A DNA stretch of 64,000 bases, from positions 15,595 through 79,594 of the forward strand of contig JBIKOG010000008.1 in the NCBI GenBank assembly GCA_044358225.1, in the 5' to 3' direction. Below, in pieces: positions 24,158 to 33,462 of this stretch. The position numbers and the translations under genes were made by a program. How positions within the stretch are numbered: position 1 is the first letter of the stretch; each line of letters starts with the position of its first letter. The notes under the pieces are model-generated. The model had not been told where the DNA came from. It was given only the letters and a program-made list of their open reading frames with translations, and did no database searches. The stretch is from Bryobacteraceae bacterium (lineage in GTDB: Bacteria > Acidobacteriota > Terriglobia > Bryobacterales > Bryobacteraceae).

Positions 24158-26013
24158 TATCGAATCGCCACCAGCCCCGGGTTACTGCGCTGCCGGTTCA
24201 CACTGATCACCAGTTCCAACGCCGTTCCCGTCGCCGCATCCGCCGGCACCTGCACGTTGGCCTGCGCCAGCCCGACGAAGCCGGGCGTCAGGCCCAGAAA
24301 CAGCAGCGGTACTTCACGGCCGCCGATGGTCGCCGTCGAATCCAGCGCCGCCCGGTACAACGTCGTCAACGGCGCCGCGCGGCCCGCCGTCAGGTCGCCG
24401 TCCAGCGGACCAATGCCGGTGAGATAGATCGTCATCACCCGCCCGCGCGTCTCCGCGTTGGCTTCGGTGTTCAACGTGCCGTCCTGATTGATCGCCACCG
24501 CGCGCGTGCTGCCGGCGATCATAAAGATCCCCGGCGCGGCGGCACCAATGTTTACCGTCTCTTCGGAGCTCGCGCCCTGCCCGGTGGCGACGCGAATCTT
24601 CGCCTCGCCCTCCCGCAGATCGTAGGGCAGTTGCGCGTTGATCTGGTTCGGCGAAATGAAGACCAGCGGCAGGCGCGTCCCGTTGACCGTGACCGAAGTT
24701 CCGGCCATCTCCGTTGGCAGCGGCAACTCGCCGGCCTGCGTTAAACCGGTTGCGAAATTGATACCGAAAATCGAGATCAGCGCGCCTGGCGCCAGCGGCA
24801 CCGGCGCGGGCAGGAAGCTGGCCGCGTTGACGATGCCGCCCGGCGAGATGGCCGGCCGGATGGCGAAGCTGACTTTGCGAATCAGATAGTTCTGCCAGTC
24901 GGCGATCAGCACATCGCCGTTGTTATCCACCGCCACCGAAGACGGGAAGTTCAGCGGACTCTGCGTCGCCGGAATCCCCTCGGTACCGCGCCCGATCTGG
25001 CCGTTGCCGGCGATGGTGGAGATGGTCCCGTCCGGCGCCACGCGACGAACGCGATGGTTGCCCATGTCGGCGATATAAATACTACCGGCCGCGTCGACGG
25101 CGGTGGCGTTAGGCTGGCTGAGTTGGGCCGCGGTTGCGCGTCCGCCATCGCCGCTGAAGCCCGGCGCACCCGTTCCAGCCACGGTGGAGATGGCCCCGTT
25201 CGGCGCAATCCGGCGCACGCGATGGCTGCCCTGTTCGGTGACCAGCAGGTTGCCCGCGCGATCAAAAATCAGGTGCGAGGGGATCGACAGCGCGCTGCGC
25301 GTGGCGTCCGGACCATCGGCGCCGTTGCCCGGCAAACCGGTGCCGGCGATCGTCTGCAAGCGGCCATCCGCATTCATGCGGGCGATTCGGTTGGAGTGCA
25401 GTTCGGCGAAGTAGATCCGGCCTTCGCTGTCGACCGCGATGGAACTCGGCCAGTCCAACGGCGAAAGCGTGGCGGGAATCGACGGGGCAAAAAACGAATG
25501 CAGATTGCTGCCAATGATCGTAGTGATCGTCCCGTTCGGCGCCACTTGGCGGATGCGATTGTTCTTCTCGTCGCAAATCAAAAGCGCCCCATTAGGAAGC
25601 ACAATCGCATGCGAAGGGCCGTATAGTTTCGCCGCCGAGGCAGCTCCGCCATCGCCAGCTTCGGTCCCGCCGCCGAGCGGGGAACAACGGCTGGCATCGA
25701 TCGACGGCCGCTGCCCGCTGCCCGCCACCGTGGTGATGACTCCGTCCGGGGCGATGCGGCGAACGCGATTGGCATTCGTATCGGCGATGTAGATGTTCCC
25801 AGCCCGGTCAACGGAGAGGTGATTCATCTCCTCGAACCGCGCAGGGTCACATTCGTTCTGGATCCCAGCCAGCGTCAGAGAGGACAATGTCGCCTGCCCT
25901 CCGTCGCCGCCGAAACCGCGGGTGGTTCCCGCGATCGTCGAAATGATTCCGGTTTGCGCAAAAACAGGAGAAAGGAGAAGCGCGAGAGTTACTGGGAGCC
26001 GCATGGAAAACAT
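24157..26013 (-). CDS. Secreted NHL-repeat beta-propeller protein with Solibacter-type C-terminal domain
   Basis: Signal peptide. Six-fold 'G.iYiAD..NhR(V/I)RR(I/V)apdGtIsTvAG' NHL repeats. C-terminus 'GGIVNAASF..PGALISIFG..AAPGIF' (TIGR03437-like, from memory). Start is ATG 26013 or 26004. Confidence 0.8.
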   Translation of the reverse strand: MFSMRLPVTLALLLSPVFAQTGIISTIAGTTRGFGGDGGQATLSSLTLAGIQNECDPARFEEMNHLSVDRAGNIYIADTNANRVRRIAPDGVITTVAGSGQRPSIDASRCSPLGGGTEAGDGGAASAAKLYGPSHAIVLPNGALLICDEKNNRIRQVAPNGTITTIIGSNLHSFFAPSIPATLSPLDWPSSIAVDSEGRIYFAELHSNRIARMNADGRLQTIAGTGLPGNGADGPDATRSALSIPSHLIFDRAGNLLVTEQGSHRVRRIAPNGAISTVAGTGAPGFSGDGGRATAAQLSQPNATAVDAAGSIYIADMGNHRVRRVAPDGTISTIAGNGQIGRGTEGIPATQSPLNFPSSVAVDNNGDVLIADWQNYLIRKVSFAIRPAISPGGIVNAASFLPAPVPLAPGALISIFGINFATGLTQAGELPLPTEMAGTSVTVNGTRLPLVFISPNQINAQLPYDLREGEAKIRVATGQGASSEETVNIGAAAPGIFMIAGSTRAVAINQDGTLNTEANAETRGRVMTIYLTGIGPLDGDLTAGRAAPLTTLYRAALDSTATIGGREVPLLFLGLTPGFVGLAQANVQVPADAATGTALELVISVNRQRSNPGLVAIR

Positions 26014-26040
26014 GTTGGTCGTTAGCAGGACCGGACTCCT

Positions 26041-26080
26041 TGTATTGTACCGCTTACATTTGTATTGTACCGCTTACATT
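26041..26080. repeat. Perfect tandem duplication of a 20-mer (TGTATTGTACCGCTTACATT x2)
   Basis: Seen directly, 28 nt upstream of the NHL gene start. AT-richer than its surroundings. On the minus strand each unit contains TACAAT. Confidence 0.9.
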
Positions 26081-26087
26081 AGCGAAC

Positions 26088-27248
26088 TTACACCGTTACG
26101 GCTTTGCCGCGGCTCATGGAGCGAATCAGGGAAAGGTAACGATTCATGTGCGTCTGCGGTGCAAACGCCGTTAAATCGGCGGAAACCGGCTGCTCCCCGC
26201 CCAGCATGCCGCCCAGCTCCTCCGCACTCCGGAACACGCGCCCGCCCCCCGTCTGCGCCACCAATTCTGGCAGCGCTCCATGCGGCGAAACATAGACGGA
26301 CGTCTGCTGCTGCAAAGACTCCAACACCACCAGCCCAAACGTCTCATCGCAAACAGACGGCACGATCGTCGCCCGTGCGCGCCGGTACAGCGACGGCAAC
26401 TCCGCAAAGGGCACACGGCCCAGAAACTCAATATTCGGCGCCCCGGCCGCCATCGAACGGAGCTCCTGCTCCGCCTCCCCCGCCCCGGCGATCTTCAGCC
26501 GCAACCCGTTCTTCCGGAACAGCGGAAGCACCGTGTGGATGCCCTTCGCCTTTTCCAAACGGGCCACGATCAGGTAATAGTCTTCCCGTTCCATCTGCCC
26601 GGCACGCGCCGACCCCAGGAAATGCGGCAAAACCTTCATCGGCAGTTCGGGAAGGAATTCGCGCACCTTATCCTGCACAAACCGGCTGGGCGCCAGGAAC
26701 AGGTCGATGTTCTCCAGCCCGTCCCGAATGACGCCATTCTGGCGCCACAGTTGCGGCGGCCGGCCCCGGCGAATCGTGCAACTGTGGCACGTGCGCTGCG
26801 TACAGATCTCCTCGCCATTGCGAAACAGCACGTGGGAGGGACAAATCAACCAATACTCATGCAGCGTCATCAGCCGCAGTCCGGTGCCCCAACGGAATGC
26901 CTGCGGAGCGCCCAGCAAAGACGCGTTGTGCCAGTGCGTCACATCGAAACCACTGCTGAGAATCTCCCGCAGCGCGCCCGCGTACAGCCAATCGCGCCCG
27001 GCCACGTGTGCCGACAATGGCGCCAGCGTCTTGAACGGCGAACGCAGCGTATGCACGATCACCTTCTTGTGCAACGGAAATGGCGACGGCTGCACGGCGC
27101 CCCGCAACAGTTCGTAGGAATCCGCGCAATGGACGACTTCCACGTGGTGCCCGGCCTCGGCCAGCAGGTTCGCCAGCGACGCCAGAAAAATGGCGTCGCC
27201 GCCAAAATGCATCGGCGGGAAGAATGTCGTCAACAGGCAAAAACGCAT
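26088..27248 (-). CDS. Glycosyltransferase family 4
   Basis: 'MRFCLLTTFFPPMHFGGDAIF' and 'PSVCDETFGLVVLESLQQQTSVYVSPHGALPELV'. Confidence 0.8.
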   Translation of the reverse strand: MRFCLLTTFFPPMHFGGDAIFLASLANLLAEAGHHVEVVHCADSYELLRGAVQPSPFPLHKKVIVHTLRSPFKTLAPLSAHVAGRDWLYAGALREILSSGFDVTHWHNASLLGAPQAFRWGTGLRLMTLHEYWLICPSHVLFRNGEEICTQRTCHSCTIRRGRPPQLWRQNGVIRDGLENIDLFLAPSRFVQDKVREFLPELPMKVLPHFLGSARAGQMEREDYYLIVARLEKAKGIHTVLPLFRKNGLRLKIAGAGEAEQELRSMAAGAPNIEFLGRVPFAELPSLYRRARATIVPSVCDETFGLVVLESLQQQTSVYVSPHGALPELVAQTGGGRVFRSAEELGGMLGGEQPVSADLTAFAPQTHMNRYLSLIRSMSRGKAVTV

Positions 27249-27277
27249 GAAGAGGTCTCTGTTAGTCTAGGAGATGA

Positions 27278-28423
27278 TTGAACCTCTTTGCCAGAACACA
27301 GCGTCATCTCCGGCTGACGTTACGGAATTACGGTGTCGGCGAGCGGATTGGAAATCGGCCCGCGCCGCCCTTCCTGATCCTCTTCATTAACTCCATCTGC
27401 AACCAGACCTGCGAGCACTGTTTTTATTGGCGCAACCTCAATCGCAAGGACGATCTGACCGTTGACGAGTTGCGGTCGCTCTCCCAAGAACTCGGCTCGA
27501 TCGAGAACCTGAACCTCTCCGGCGGTGAACCCTTCCTGCGCAAGGAGTTCGGTGAAATCTGCCGCTTTTTCATCCAGAACAACGGCGTGAAGCAGATCTA
27601 CGTGCCCACCAACGGCACGTTCACCGATCGCACCATCGCGGCGCTGGAAGAGGTCCTCCGCGAGCCGTCGTTAACCCTGTTTGCCGTGGAACTTTCGCTC
27701 GATGGCATGGCGGACTACCACGACCGATTCCGCGGAATGAAGAACGCCTTCGCCCGATCCATGGAGACCTATCAGGCGTTGGCGAAGCTCCAACAGCGCG
27801 ACCCGCGGCTGCGCATTCACGCCATCTCCACCGCCACTTCAGAAAACATGGGCGAGATCGCCGAACTCACCCGCTACCTCTACGAAAACTGTCCGGCGAT
27901 GGACCACCACAACCTGGCCCTCATCCGCGGCGACCGCAAGAACCCCTCGCTCGTCGGCCCGACTCTCGACAACTATCGCGAACTCTACCGCTACGTCCAG
28001 TCCGTGTGGGCGCCGCGCGAAGAGAACCGCTTCGGCAGCATCGTCGAACCCATGCTGCAGTGGGCGAAGGTGAAGACCGCCATCGAACAGCGCCAGGTCG
28101 TCCCGTGCCGCGCCGGGCGGATGAGCGCGGTGGTCTATGCCAACGGCGACGTCAGCTTCTGCGAAACTCACGCCCCGCTGGGCAATCTCCGCCAAACCAG
28201 CTTCACGGAAATGTGGAATTCACCGGAAGCCGAAACCCTGCGCCAGTCCATTGACGAACGCGCCTGCTGGTGCACCAACGAAGTCTTCCTCTGGCCCAGC
28301 ATCGTGTTCCAGCCGCAGCAATTGGTCCGCGCCATGGCTCTGTCCAAACCGTGGAAGAAGCCCGACACGGTCGACAAGCCCCCCTCGCCGCGCCCATCGA
28401 ACGATCTCATCAACATCGGCTAG
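27278..28423 (+). CDS. Radical SAM enzyme with partial SPASM/twitch C-terminal domain
   Basis: '[11 protein letters not shown]' CxxxCxxC, 'LSGGEPFL', and C-terminal '[21 protein letters not shown] ... ERACWCTNE'. TTG start 4 nt after AGGAG. Confidence 0.8.
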   Translation: MNLFARTQRHLRLTLRNYGVGERIGNRPAPPFLILFINSICNQTCEHCFYWRNLNRKDDLTVDELRSLSQELGSIENLNLSGGEPFLRKEFGEICRFFIQNNGVKQIYVPTNGTFTDRTIAALEEVLREPSLTLFAVELSLDGMADYHDRFRGMKNAFARSMETYQALAKLQQRDPRLRIHAISTATSENMGEIAELTRYLYENCPAMDHHNLALIRGDRKNPSLVGPTLDNYRELYRYVQSVWAPREENRFGSIVEPMLQWAKVKTAIEQRQVVPCRAGRMSAVVYANGDVSFCETHAPLGNLRQTSFTEMWNSPEAETLRQSIDERACWCTNEVFLWPSIVFQPQQLVRAMALSKPWKKPDTVDKPPSPRPSNDLINIG

Positions 28424-29343
28424 GCGCGCAGCATCCACCGCGGCCCCAGCCAGCGCATCCCGGGCCATCGGCGCACCGCGCGGTACAGCGCCACCACCCG
28501 CTGCGCCAACCAGCCCATCTGCGGCGCATACAGCGGCGCGGCCTCTGTCGACCCGCTTGCCCACCCCGCCTCCCGAGCCAGCGCCATCCCCTCCCGCGCA
28601 CCGCGAAGTTGAATCCGATACGGGTGCAAATCCCCTCGCCGCCATGCGACATAGCCGGCCTGCCAACCCCGAGGCAGCCAGCCCACGCCCCACAAATGCA
28701 CGTGCGGCTCCGGCACCGGCGCCCAGCGATTGTTGCTGGTCAGCAGCAGTGAACGGCCCACGCGCCGCATCTCGCGCAGCGCCAGCGGGGCGTCGCGCAG
28801 ATGCTCCAGCGTGTCGAACGAAGTCAACCGAAAACCCGCGCCGCTTGGGAACGGCAGATGCTCCGCATTCGCGCAAACCAGCTGGCCGGCCACCCCGGCC
28901 TCCCGCAGCCGCAGCGCACCCAGCACCAGCCATCGAAACGCAATGTCGACGCCCACGCCGCCACCAGCCGCGATCAGCACCGCCCCCGTCGAACAGCCCA
29001 CATCCAACACCGGTCCGCCGCCGCGCCCATACGCCAACATCTCCCGCGCAATCGCCACTTCCGCCAGCGCTCGAGCGGTCCACAACTCCGCCAGGTCCGC
29101 CGGATCGTCTGGCGTAATCGAGTAGTAGTAGCGCACGGCCTCGGCGAAGGACATTCCACGCGTGGCCAATTCCAATGCCTCGCCCTTGGCCCGATCGGCC
29201 GCAATGTCGATGTACGGATCGGCAAACAGCCGGAAATCAGGGATGCCGCAGATCACCGGAAACCGCAGCCCGCAGGCCGCACAGGCGAACCCCGGCGCCT
29301 CGTTCCGCAACTCCGACTTGCACTGGGGACAGACGAATTCCAT
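28420..29343 (-). CDS. Trm112-like zinc-ribbon + class I SAM methyltransferase
   Basis: Start ATG 29343. '[31 protein letters not shown]', then '[12 protein letters not shown]'. Last gene of the 12-gene operon. Confidence 0.75.
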   Translation of the reverse strand: MEFVCPQCKSELRNEAPGFACAACGLRFPVICGIPDFRLFADPYIDIAADRAKGEALELATRGMSFAEAVRYYYSITPDDPADLAELWTARALAEVAIAREMLAYGRGGGPVLDVGCSTGAVLIAAGGGVGVDIAFRWLVLGALRLREAGVAGQLVCANAEHLPFPSGAGFRLTSFDTLEHLRDAPLALREMRRVGRSLLLTSNNRWAPVPEPHVHLWGVGWLPRGWQAGYVAWRRGDLHPYRIQLRGAREGMALAREAGWASGSTEAAPLYAPQMGWLAQRVVALYRAVRRWPGMRWLGPRWMLRA

Positions 29344-29345
29344 GG

Positions 29346-30203
29346 CTAATCCGTATCGCTGCAACTCGTCCCCGCCCCGCCCAGAAAGCCCACCATCTCC
29401 CCGGCAGCCCAAGCCGCGTAGTAGACAGCCAGTAGCGGTGCCACCACGGCAAAGCGTCCCGCCTCGCCGTTCTGCACGGCCGCCCGCAACCCGCGCCAAA
29501 ACAGCAGCGCCGCGACGAAGAAGAACACCGCCGAATGCGGCTTGCCGCAGCGCGCGCCGTAGCACCGCCCATGCCGGTACCGCAGCGCAACGTACTCCAA
29601 TAACCCACGCTGCTGTTGCTGTGTGACGCAGGCCTCCGGCACATACCAGAACGGCCCGCGCTCGCGCCGCAGCACCGTGTTGAACTCCGCCTCCCAGAAT
29701 CCATCGCTCCACTCGGTAGCAAAGGAAAGCAACTCATCCCGCCGGTACAACGCGTTGTTCCCCGGCAGATGCTGGCAATACCCTGCCCGCCCCGGCGGCA
29801 GAAACGCCGTATACCGCGTGAAGTAATGCGCCCAGCCCAGCCAGCTCGTCCGCCCGTTCCGCACCGGCCCACCCCAGCAACTGGCCGGATGTTCCGCAGC
29901 CGCGCGCAGCAGCACCCGCGCCCAATCGGCATTCACAGTGCAGTGGTCTTCGGTAATCAGGATGAACTCGCCCGCCGCGGCCCGCACCCCATCCCGCCGC
30001 AACTGCGGCACGCTGCGCCGCCCCTCCGCGCGCACCAGTCGCACGCCCTGCAGCCCGGCCGCCATCGCCGCCGTCTCATCGGCAGCCGAATACGCCACCA
30101 CAATCTCCGCGTCCAACCCAACACACGCCGCCCGCATACTCTCCACACAACGAACCAACGTCGACGTCGCCCGCCGCACCGGAATCACAATCGAAAGCGT
30201 CAC
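29346..30203 (-). CDS. GT2-like glycosyltransferase (short family, paralog 1)
   Basis: 'MTLSIVIPVRRATSTLVRCVESM', 'ILITEDHC', 'GGPVRNGRTSWLGWAHYFTRYTAFLPP'. GTGA overlap upstream. Confidence 0.7.
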   Translation of the reverse strand: MTLSIVIPVRRATSTLVRCVESMRAACVGLDAEIVVAYSAADETAAMAAGLQGVRLVRAEGRRSVPQLRRDGVRAAAGEFILITEDHCTVNADWARVLLRAAAEHPASCWGGPVRNGRTSWLGWAHYFTRYTAFLPPGRAGYCQHLPGNNALYRRDELLSFATEWSDGFWEAEFNTVLRRERGPFWYVPEACVTQQQQRGLLEYVALRYRHGRCYGARCGKPHSAVFFFVAALLFWRGLRAAVQNGEAGRFAVVAPLLAVYYAAWAAGEMVGFLGGAGTSCSDTD

Positions 30204-31339
30204 TCGCCCACCAATTCTTCCAACACCCGCGCCAACGCCCGCGCACCGCGTTCCCAGGAAAACTCAGCCGCCCGCAGCAGCGCCCGCCGCCGCAGTTCGG
30301 CGCGCAAAGCCGGGTTATCCACCACGGCTCCCAGTTCTTCCGCCCATTGCCGACGCGCCACCCGCACCGCGTCCCCGCCCACCTCTTCCAGCGCATGTCC
30401 GCCGGCCACCACACACGCGCAACCGCACGCCATCGCCTCCACCAGCGGCAGTCCAAACCCCTCTTCCAGCGACGGCATGGCAAACACCATGCACCGATTG
30501 TAGAGTCCGGCGAGTTCCTCGTCGGACACATATCCGGCGAACTCTATTCGGTCCCTCATGTCCAGCGCCACTGCCTCCGCGCGTAGCTGTTCGTAGCACC
30601 CGCGGAACCCGTCGTTTTTGTAATCCCCCACCAGCACCAGCCGTAGCGACGGCAGCTTCGACACAGCCCGAATCAACGTTCCCAGATTCTTGTTCGGGCT
30701 AATCCCGCCAACGGCCAGAACGAATGGTTCTTCCTTGGCGGCCGACGGCCGAAACACCGGCGCCGGCCCTTCGGAGACAACACTGATGCGCCGTGGGTGC
30801 AAAGAAAAATGCGCCGCGATGCTGTCGCTCGAATACTCGGAAACCGTGACAATCCGCGCCGCCTGCGCCAGCGCCAATCGCACCTTCCAATCCCAGAACA
30901 GCTTCTGTTTCCTCCCGGAAAAGGCCCACTGCGGAAACCGGTCGGCCATCGTGTCGTGAATCCCCAGGGCCACCGGCATGCGCCCCAGAATCGGGAAGTA
31001 GGAGTACACAGTGGGAAACCAGAAAGCGTCCAACTTCGCCCTGGCCACCACGGCACTCATCCGCAGCAGGTCTGTCACGCTGCGCGCGCTGTCCGCCGTT
31101 GCTCCGGCGCTCACGCTGCCGGCTGTACCCGCGGCAACCCACCGCACATTCGGCGCCTCGATCGTGTCGCTCTGCTCCTGATCCAGGAACACCGTAAAGC
31201 GCCACTGCGGCCGCACCCGCGCCAGTTCCGGCAGCAACTCCCGCAGGAAACGGCCGTACCCCCGGCGGTTGCTCCAGGTGCCACCGTCGATGCCGATTTC
31301 GAGCGGTCTAGTAGTTATGCTGCGTTCCTGAGGAGCCAA
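30200..31339 (-). CDS. Glycosyltransferase family 4
   Basis: 'LEIGIDGGTWSNRRGYGRF' and 'MPSLEEGFGLPLVEAMACGCACVVAGGHALEEV'. The only in-frame start is TTG 31339. Confidence 0.8.
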   Translation of the reverse strand: MAPQERSITTRPLEIGIDGGTWSNRRGYGRFLRELLPELARVRPQWRFTVFLDQEQSDTIEAPNVRWVAAGTAGSVSAGATADSARSVTDLLRMSAVVARAKLDAFWFPTVYSYFPILGRMPVALGIHDTMADRFPQWAFSGRKQKLFWDWKVRLALAQAARIVTVSEYSSDSIAAHFSLHPRRISVVSEGPAPVFRPSAAKEEPFVLAVGGISPNKNLGTLIRAVSKLPSLRLVLVGDYKNDGFRGCYEQLRAEAVALDMRDRIEFAGYVSDEELAGLYNRCMVFAMPSLEEGFGLPLVEAMACGCACVVAGGHALEEVGGDAVRVARRQWAEELGAVVDNPALRAELRRRALLRAAEFSWERGARALARVLEELVGE

Positions 31340-32138
31340 AACAATAGCCTAACAACTCGCCCGCGCTCCACAGTGTGTGGAACAGGAATATCCCCGGCAG
31401 GCAAGGAAAAAAGTCGTCCATCCGCCCCGCCCTTCGCGCCGCCCGCGCCGTGCGCAATGTCAACAGAAACGGCAAAGCGGGGCTCATCAGCGCAAACACC
31501 CACCGCCGTCCGCGCCGCGCCGCCGCATACCCCCGGCCATAGTGAAGTCGCTGCAGGGCGAAATCGCCCGCATCCATTGAGTTCCGAAACGTAATGCAAG
31601 CCGGCGCCGTGCGGATCCCGCGCCACTTCAAATGCAGCTGCGTCTCCCACGCGCCCGTCCGCAACAACTCGCGCTCCCCGCGTAACGCCGCCGTCTTGTA
31701 ACTCAGATGAGCCCCGCTGATATCGGCCGCCGGCGCGTCCGCCAACGGTGGCGCATACGCGGCGTATTCGCAAAACCAAACCACCGCATCCAACCAGCCG
31801 GACCCCGCGGCCAACCCCACCCCACCGCCAATCGCCGGCGCGTCTGGATACAACCCATGCGCCGCCAGAATCGACGCGCCCCACCCCGGCTCCGGCACAC
31901 ATCTCCCCTCCAAACACGCCACTACCGGCTCGGTTACCTCTGGCAACATCCGCCAGCGCATCACCGGTACATCGGTCGGCGTGGGAAAGCGGCGAACCGC
32001 GACAGGCAACACAGGCGCGACCTCCGAACAATCCGCCACCAGAATCTGCGTGACGTCCGGATCGCGCCGCAGCTGCTCCACACAAGCAAGCAGAGTCTCC
32101 GCCGACCGGTACGCCGTGACGATCACGCTCAGTCCCAC
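31308..32138 (-). CDS. GT2-like protein (short family, paralog 2; acidic DxD-like motif not evident)
   Basis: 'MGLSVIVTAYRSAETLLACVEQL', 'GGGVGLAAGSGWLDAVVWFCEYAAYAPP'. GTG start. Confidence 0.6.
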   Translation of the reverse strand: MGLSVIVTAYRSAETLLACVEQLRRDPDVTQILVADCSEVAPVLPVAVRRFPTPTDVPVMRWRMLPEVTEPVVACLEGRCVPEPGWGASILAAHGLYPDAPAIGGGVGLAAGSGWLDAVVWFCEYAAYAPPLADAPAADISGAHLSYKTAALRGERELLRTGAWETQLHLKWRGIRTAPACITFRNSMDAGDFALQRLHYGRGYAAARRGRRWVFALMSPALPFLLTLRTARAARRAGRMDDFFPCLPGIFLFHTLWSAGELLGYCFGSSGTQHNY

Positions 32139-32139
32139 G

Positions 32140-33462
32140 CTACTTGCCCGGCACCGCGGAGCGGCCCCGCCCCGTCAGCGTTCCCCAGCTGTATCGCAGC
32201 AGCCCGGCGCCAAAGGAAATGCCGTTGTAGAAGTGGTACAGCAAGTGAAATGGGATCGCGGCGAAAGCAAACGCCCGGCCCCGTTTTGCGGCCAGGAACA
32301 GATAAAACTGATTGTTCAACACCACCAGCGCCATCACGATCAGGAAGAACACGCCAATCACCAGATGGCTGGGTAAATACGCCAGAATGAACAGCACCGA
32401 AAGAGCGGCGTACAGCCCCATCAGCCACGAAACCACCTGCGATTTCCGGCTGTCGTCGAACGAGTACCGGTGCCGCAGGAACAACAGCACATACCCCAGC
32501 ACCACCGGCGGAATGATCCCCAACATGTGCGACTGCCACGCCAGCAAAACCAGAACACCGAACGCCCCGCTCACGCCCAGGAACACTGTCCGGCTCAGCG
32601 GCCCGGCCGATCCGTCCAGCCAGAACCGCCCCATCATGAACAGCAGCAGCGCGAAAACAGGCGTCAGAAAATAGCCGCGCCAATACAGCGTCATCAACAA
32701 AGCGAACCCCACGCAAAGGAACGCCAGCGCCACGCTGATCCGCTGACTCAACTGCAGATTCAGATCGTTCGGCATGTTCCGGTCGCGCAAAATCAGCTCG
32801 GTCCACGGAATGCCCCGGTCCAGAATATCCGTCTTCAGCAGGTTCCAAAACGTCCACCGCTTCAGGTGCTTCACGCGCAGGCCCTTATCCAGCACCATCT
32901 TGCGATTCGCCTGGTACAACCGGTAACCCAGCTCGATGTCTTCAATCGCCGGCCGCGCATAGCTCTCGTCAAATCCGCTGTGCGCCAGGAAGACGTCGCG
33001 CCGAATAGCGCCGCATCCGCTCCAGAAGGTCGACGCCTGTTCGTGCCCCGTCTGGTGGACAAAGCAGTGCATCAGGTTCTTGTACTGGCTCAGAAAATCG
33101 GCCTCCGCCGGATTGTCGTCGTAGGAGCCAATCACCGCGTCAACAGCCGCATCGGCGGCAAACGCCTGCTGCACCCGGCCCACCGCGTCGACATGCGCGA
33201 CGACGTCCGCGTCCAGGAAAAACAGAACCTCTCCGCGGGCCTCCCGCGCCCCCAAATTGCGCGCCTTCGCCGGCCCGCTGTTCACCCCGGTCGACAACAC
33301 CCGCGCGCCCAGCCGCGCCGCCACGTCCCGCGACCCATCGGTGGAACAGTCATCCACGACGAGTATTTCCAACGGCGCCACCAGCGATTTCGCCAACGCG
33401 CCCAGGCACTGCGTTAGCTCGGCCTCGCCGTTATAAACCGGAATGATGACGCTGACATTCAC
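32140..33462 (-). CDS. GT2 catalytic domain fused to a ~6-TM membrane domain (polyprenyl-phosphate glycosyltransferase / flippase-like, tentative)
   Basis: 'VSVIIPVYNGEAELTQCL..LVVDDCSTDGS..FLDADV', then about 210 aa of TM helices. GTG 33462 gives a GTGA overlap (the track start 33483 is also possible). Confidence 0.75.
   Translation of the reverse strand: MNVSVIIPVYNGEAELTQCLGALAKSLVAPLEILVVDDCSTDGSRDVAARLGARVLSTGVNSGPAKARNLGAREARGEVLFFLDADVVAHVDAVGRVQQAFAADAAVDAVIGSYDDNPAEADFLSQYKNLMHCFVHQTGHEQASTFWSGCGAIRRDVFLAHSGFDESYARPAIEDIELGYRLYQANRKMVLDKGLRVKHLKRWTFWNLLKTDILDRGIPWTELILRDRNMPNDLNLQLSQRISVALAFLCVGFALLMTLYWRGYFLTPVFALLLFMMGRFWLDGSAGPLSRTVFLGVSGAFGVLVLLAWQSHMLGIIPPVVLGYVLLFLRHRYSFDDSRKSQVVSWLMGLYAALSVLFILAYLPSHLVIGVFFLIVMALVVLNNQFYLFLAAKRGRAFAFAAIPFHLLYHFYNGISFGAGLLRYSWGTLTGRGRSAVPGK

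Noticed and set aside
26785-26800. A strong sigma-54-like match, TGGCACG-N4-CTGC, on the plus strand.
   Set aside because: It lies inside and antisense to the GT4 coding region, about 480 nt from the next plus-strand gene. I treat it as a chance match and use it as a caution on the sigma-54 calls at 15204-15403 and 4058-4073.
27249-28423. A search for a small precursor-peptide ORF next to the radical SAM/SPASM gene.
   Set aside because: Only 29 bp lie upstream and there is a 4-nt convergent overlap downstream, so there is no space for a peptide gene.
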